Part shown: positions 58,401-59,972 of the stretch, piece after piece
Numbering within the stretch: the stretch's first letter is position 1
Layout of the letters: each line of letters begins with the position of its first letter
DNA from: a virus
Taxonomy: Duplodnaviria > Caudoviricetes
IMG/VR virus record: IMGVR_UViG_3300025137_000039
Span: 1-59,972 of that record
Direction: 5' to 3' (one strand)
DNA length: 59,972 nucleotides
Program-made: the position numbers and the translations under genes
Notes under the pieces: generated by a model
The model's input: only the letters and a program-made list of their open reading frames with translations
Databases searched by the model: none
Told to the model about the DNA's origin: nothing

Positions 58401-59039
58401 ATGATAAACGCTTGGTCACTACTTTATGAGGAATTGAAAATGAGTGAAAACTTTGAAACACGTTATGAGGATAGTATTCCTAAAGATACTGTCACTCATT
58501 CCAAATATTATTATGATAAAGACAGGAACAAAGAATATAAAAATTGGGATTTAACAAATGGTTCTCAAGACTTTTGGAATTATGATGGAGGAAGTATGGT
58601 AGGTAATCCTATGGGAGCAGAATCATCATCAGATACTATTAATTTTAGTAGTGATATTGTTGCTGCTGCACCAGTTCCAATGATTTTTGGTGCAGAGGGT
58701 GAAGATCATATCTCTTTTGATCTAACAGAACCTTCTAATCCTCCAACCACTAGTAGGAGGAAGTATAGTGAAGATGTAATCATTAAAGAGTTGCAAGATT
58801 ACATTACTAGAACATATGATCAGCATTATTCTGCTGGTGATGATAAGATTCAAACTCTTGATCTGATTGAAGCTTGTGGTGATGGTGAAGCATTCTGTAG
58901 ATCCAACATCCTTAAGTATGCATCAAGATACGATAAGAAGGGTACTGCCCGTCGTGACATTATGAAGATTCTGCACTATGCTGTTCTTCTAATGCATTTT
59001 AATGATAAAAATGCAAAACGTGAAACCTACCCACAGTGA
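58401..59039 (+). CDS. DUF3310-like protein with N-terminal extension
   Basis: C-terminal YDQHY...FCRSNILKYASRYDKKG...DIMKILHYA; start may be ATG 58440, as 58401 is only 2 nt after the -10 box. Confidence 0.75.
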   Translation: MINAWSLLYEELKMSENFETRYEDSIPKDTVTHSKYYYDKDRNKEYKNWDLTNGSQDFWNYDGGSMVGNPMGAESSSDTINFSSDIVAAAPVPMIFGAEGEDHISFDLTEPSNPPTTSRRKYSEDVIIKELQDYITRTYDQHYSAGDDKIQTLDLIEACGDGEAFCRSNILKYASRYDKKGTARRDIMKILHYAVLLMHFNDKNAKRETYPQ

Positions 59040-59040
59040 G

Positions 59041-59727
59041 ATGAAACTGAAACCTACAACTATGAAACTGTCTGAAACCACTGTCAATCTTCTGAAGAAC
59101 TTCTCTTCAATCAATCAGTCAATTCTTTTTAAAGAAGGTAGTAAACTTCGCACTATTAGTGTTATGAAGAATATCCTTGCTGAAGCTAATATTGAAGAAG
59201 ACTTCTCAAAGGATTTTGCAATCTATGACCTTAATCAATTCCTTAATGGTCTATCACTTCATTCTGATGCAGAACTTGATTTTAAAAATGATGGTTATGT
59301 GATGATCAGAGAAGGAAAGATGCGTAGCAAGTATTTCTTTGCTGATCCATCTGTAATTGTTGCACCACCAGATAAAGATATCACTCTCCCAACAGAGGAT
59401 GTATGTTTTATTCTTACAAGTCAACAACTAGAAAAACTTAAGAAAGCATCATCAATTTATCAACTACCTGATATTTCTGCTGTTGGTGAAGCAGGAGTTA
59501 TCAAACTGGTTGCAAGAGATAAGAAGAATGACACCTCTAATGATTTCTCTATCATTGTTGGTGAAACAGATAAAGAGTTTGTCTTCAACTTTAAAGAAGA
59601 GAACCTTAAGATTGTTCCTGGAACTTATGATGTAATTGTTTCTGAAAAACTTCTTGCCAAGTTTACCAACCAAAACATTAATGTAACTTATTATATTGCT
59701 TTAGAACCAGACTCTACTTTTGGATAA
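59041..59727 (+). CDS. gp45: sliding clamp gp45
   Basis: MKLSETT..LLKNFSSINQSI, FAIYDLNQFL, YYIALEPDS; start at 59041 or 59062. Confidence 0.95.
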   Translation: MKLKPTTMKLSETTVNLLKNFSSINQSILFKEGSKLRTISVMKNILAEANIEEDFSKDFAIYDLNQFLNGLSLHSDAELDFKNDGYVMIREGKMRSKYFFADPSVIVAPPDKDITLPTEDVCFILTSQQLEKLKKASSIYQLPDISAVGEAGVIKLVARDKKNDTSNDFSIIVGETDKEFVFNFKEENLKIVPGTYDVIVSEKLLAKFTNQNINVTYYIALEPDSTFG

Positions 59728-59732
59728 GATGA

Positions 59733-59972
59733 GTGAAAACTCTTTACATAGTTGACATAGGCAATGGTGAATGTGTAACTCATGATGGTTATATACAGAT
59801 TGGTATATTTGATCATTCTGTTGAAAAACATATTGAGTTGAGTAATTCTATCTGTGGTGATAATCCTATTGATTGGCAAGTAACATATTGGATGCCTGAT
59901 ATCTTTATGAATAGATACAAAAGAGTTTCTTTTCAAAAAACTGAAAAGAAAAATGAAGGCAGTCCTAAAACA
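59733..59972 (+). CDS. hypothetical protein, 5' part (runs off the window)
   Basis: GTG-started frame open to the edge: MKTLYIVDIGNGECVTHDGYIQIGIFDHSVEKHIEL... Confidence 0.6.
   Translation, partial: MKTLYIVDIGNGECVTHDGYIQIGIFDHSVEKHIELSNSICGDNPIDWQVTYWMPDIFMNRYKRVSFQKTEKKNEGSPKT

Noticed and set aside
466-59936. All minus-strand ORFs in the track (e.g. 31146-31682, 57693-58178, 44631-45035)
   Set aside because: Antisense shadows of well-supported plus-strand genes, with no recognisable motifs
1-59972. Stop-codon reassignment
   Set aside because: Core genes translate full length in the standard code and end in TAA, TAG or TGA

Overview
This window is a segment of a large, AT-rich T4-like cyanomyovirus genome (Kyanoviridae-type; gene order resembles P-SSM2/S-SM2-like phages). 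All credible genes lie on the + strand. From left to right: (i) the end of an early cluster of small ORFs and a complex, largely non-coding control region (~1140-2070); (ii) a glycosyltransferase and small conserved ORFs; (iii) the late virion module: gp25, gp6, a 4002-aa gp7, gp8, a 2533-aa VrlC/DUF4815-like protein, gp13-gp16, two large inserted genes, gp17-gp23 and gp3; (iv) the recombination/replication module: uvsY, uvsW, gp55, gp47, gp46, a peptidase-vWA plus MoxR/CobS-like AAA+ pair, and gp45. About a dozen small ORFs missing from the ORF track were found by hand. The most interesting signal is the 1140-2070 region. It holds a small RHH-like ORF flanked by nine ATGTG-N3-CACAT-type palindromes, four sigma70 promoters (one on the minus strand), an abiF-like pseudoknot RNA, and a G-rich transcript with no recognisable ORF between a promoter and a terminator. 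Together these suggest an autoregulated switch or an RNA-primed origin plus an anti-defence RNA. Family assignments come from recalled motifs and synteny; no database search was run.
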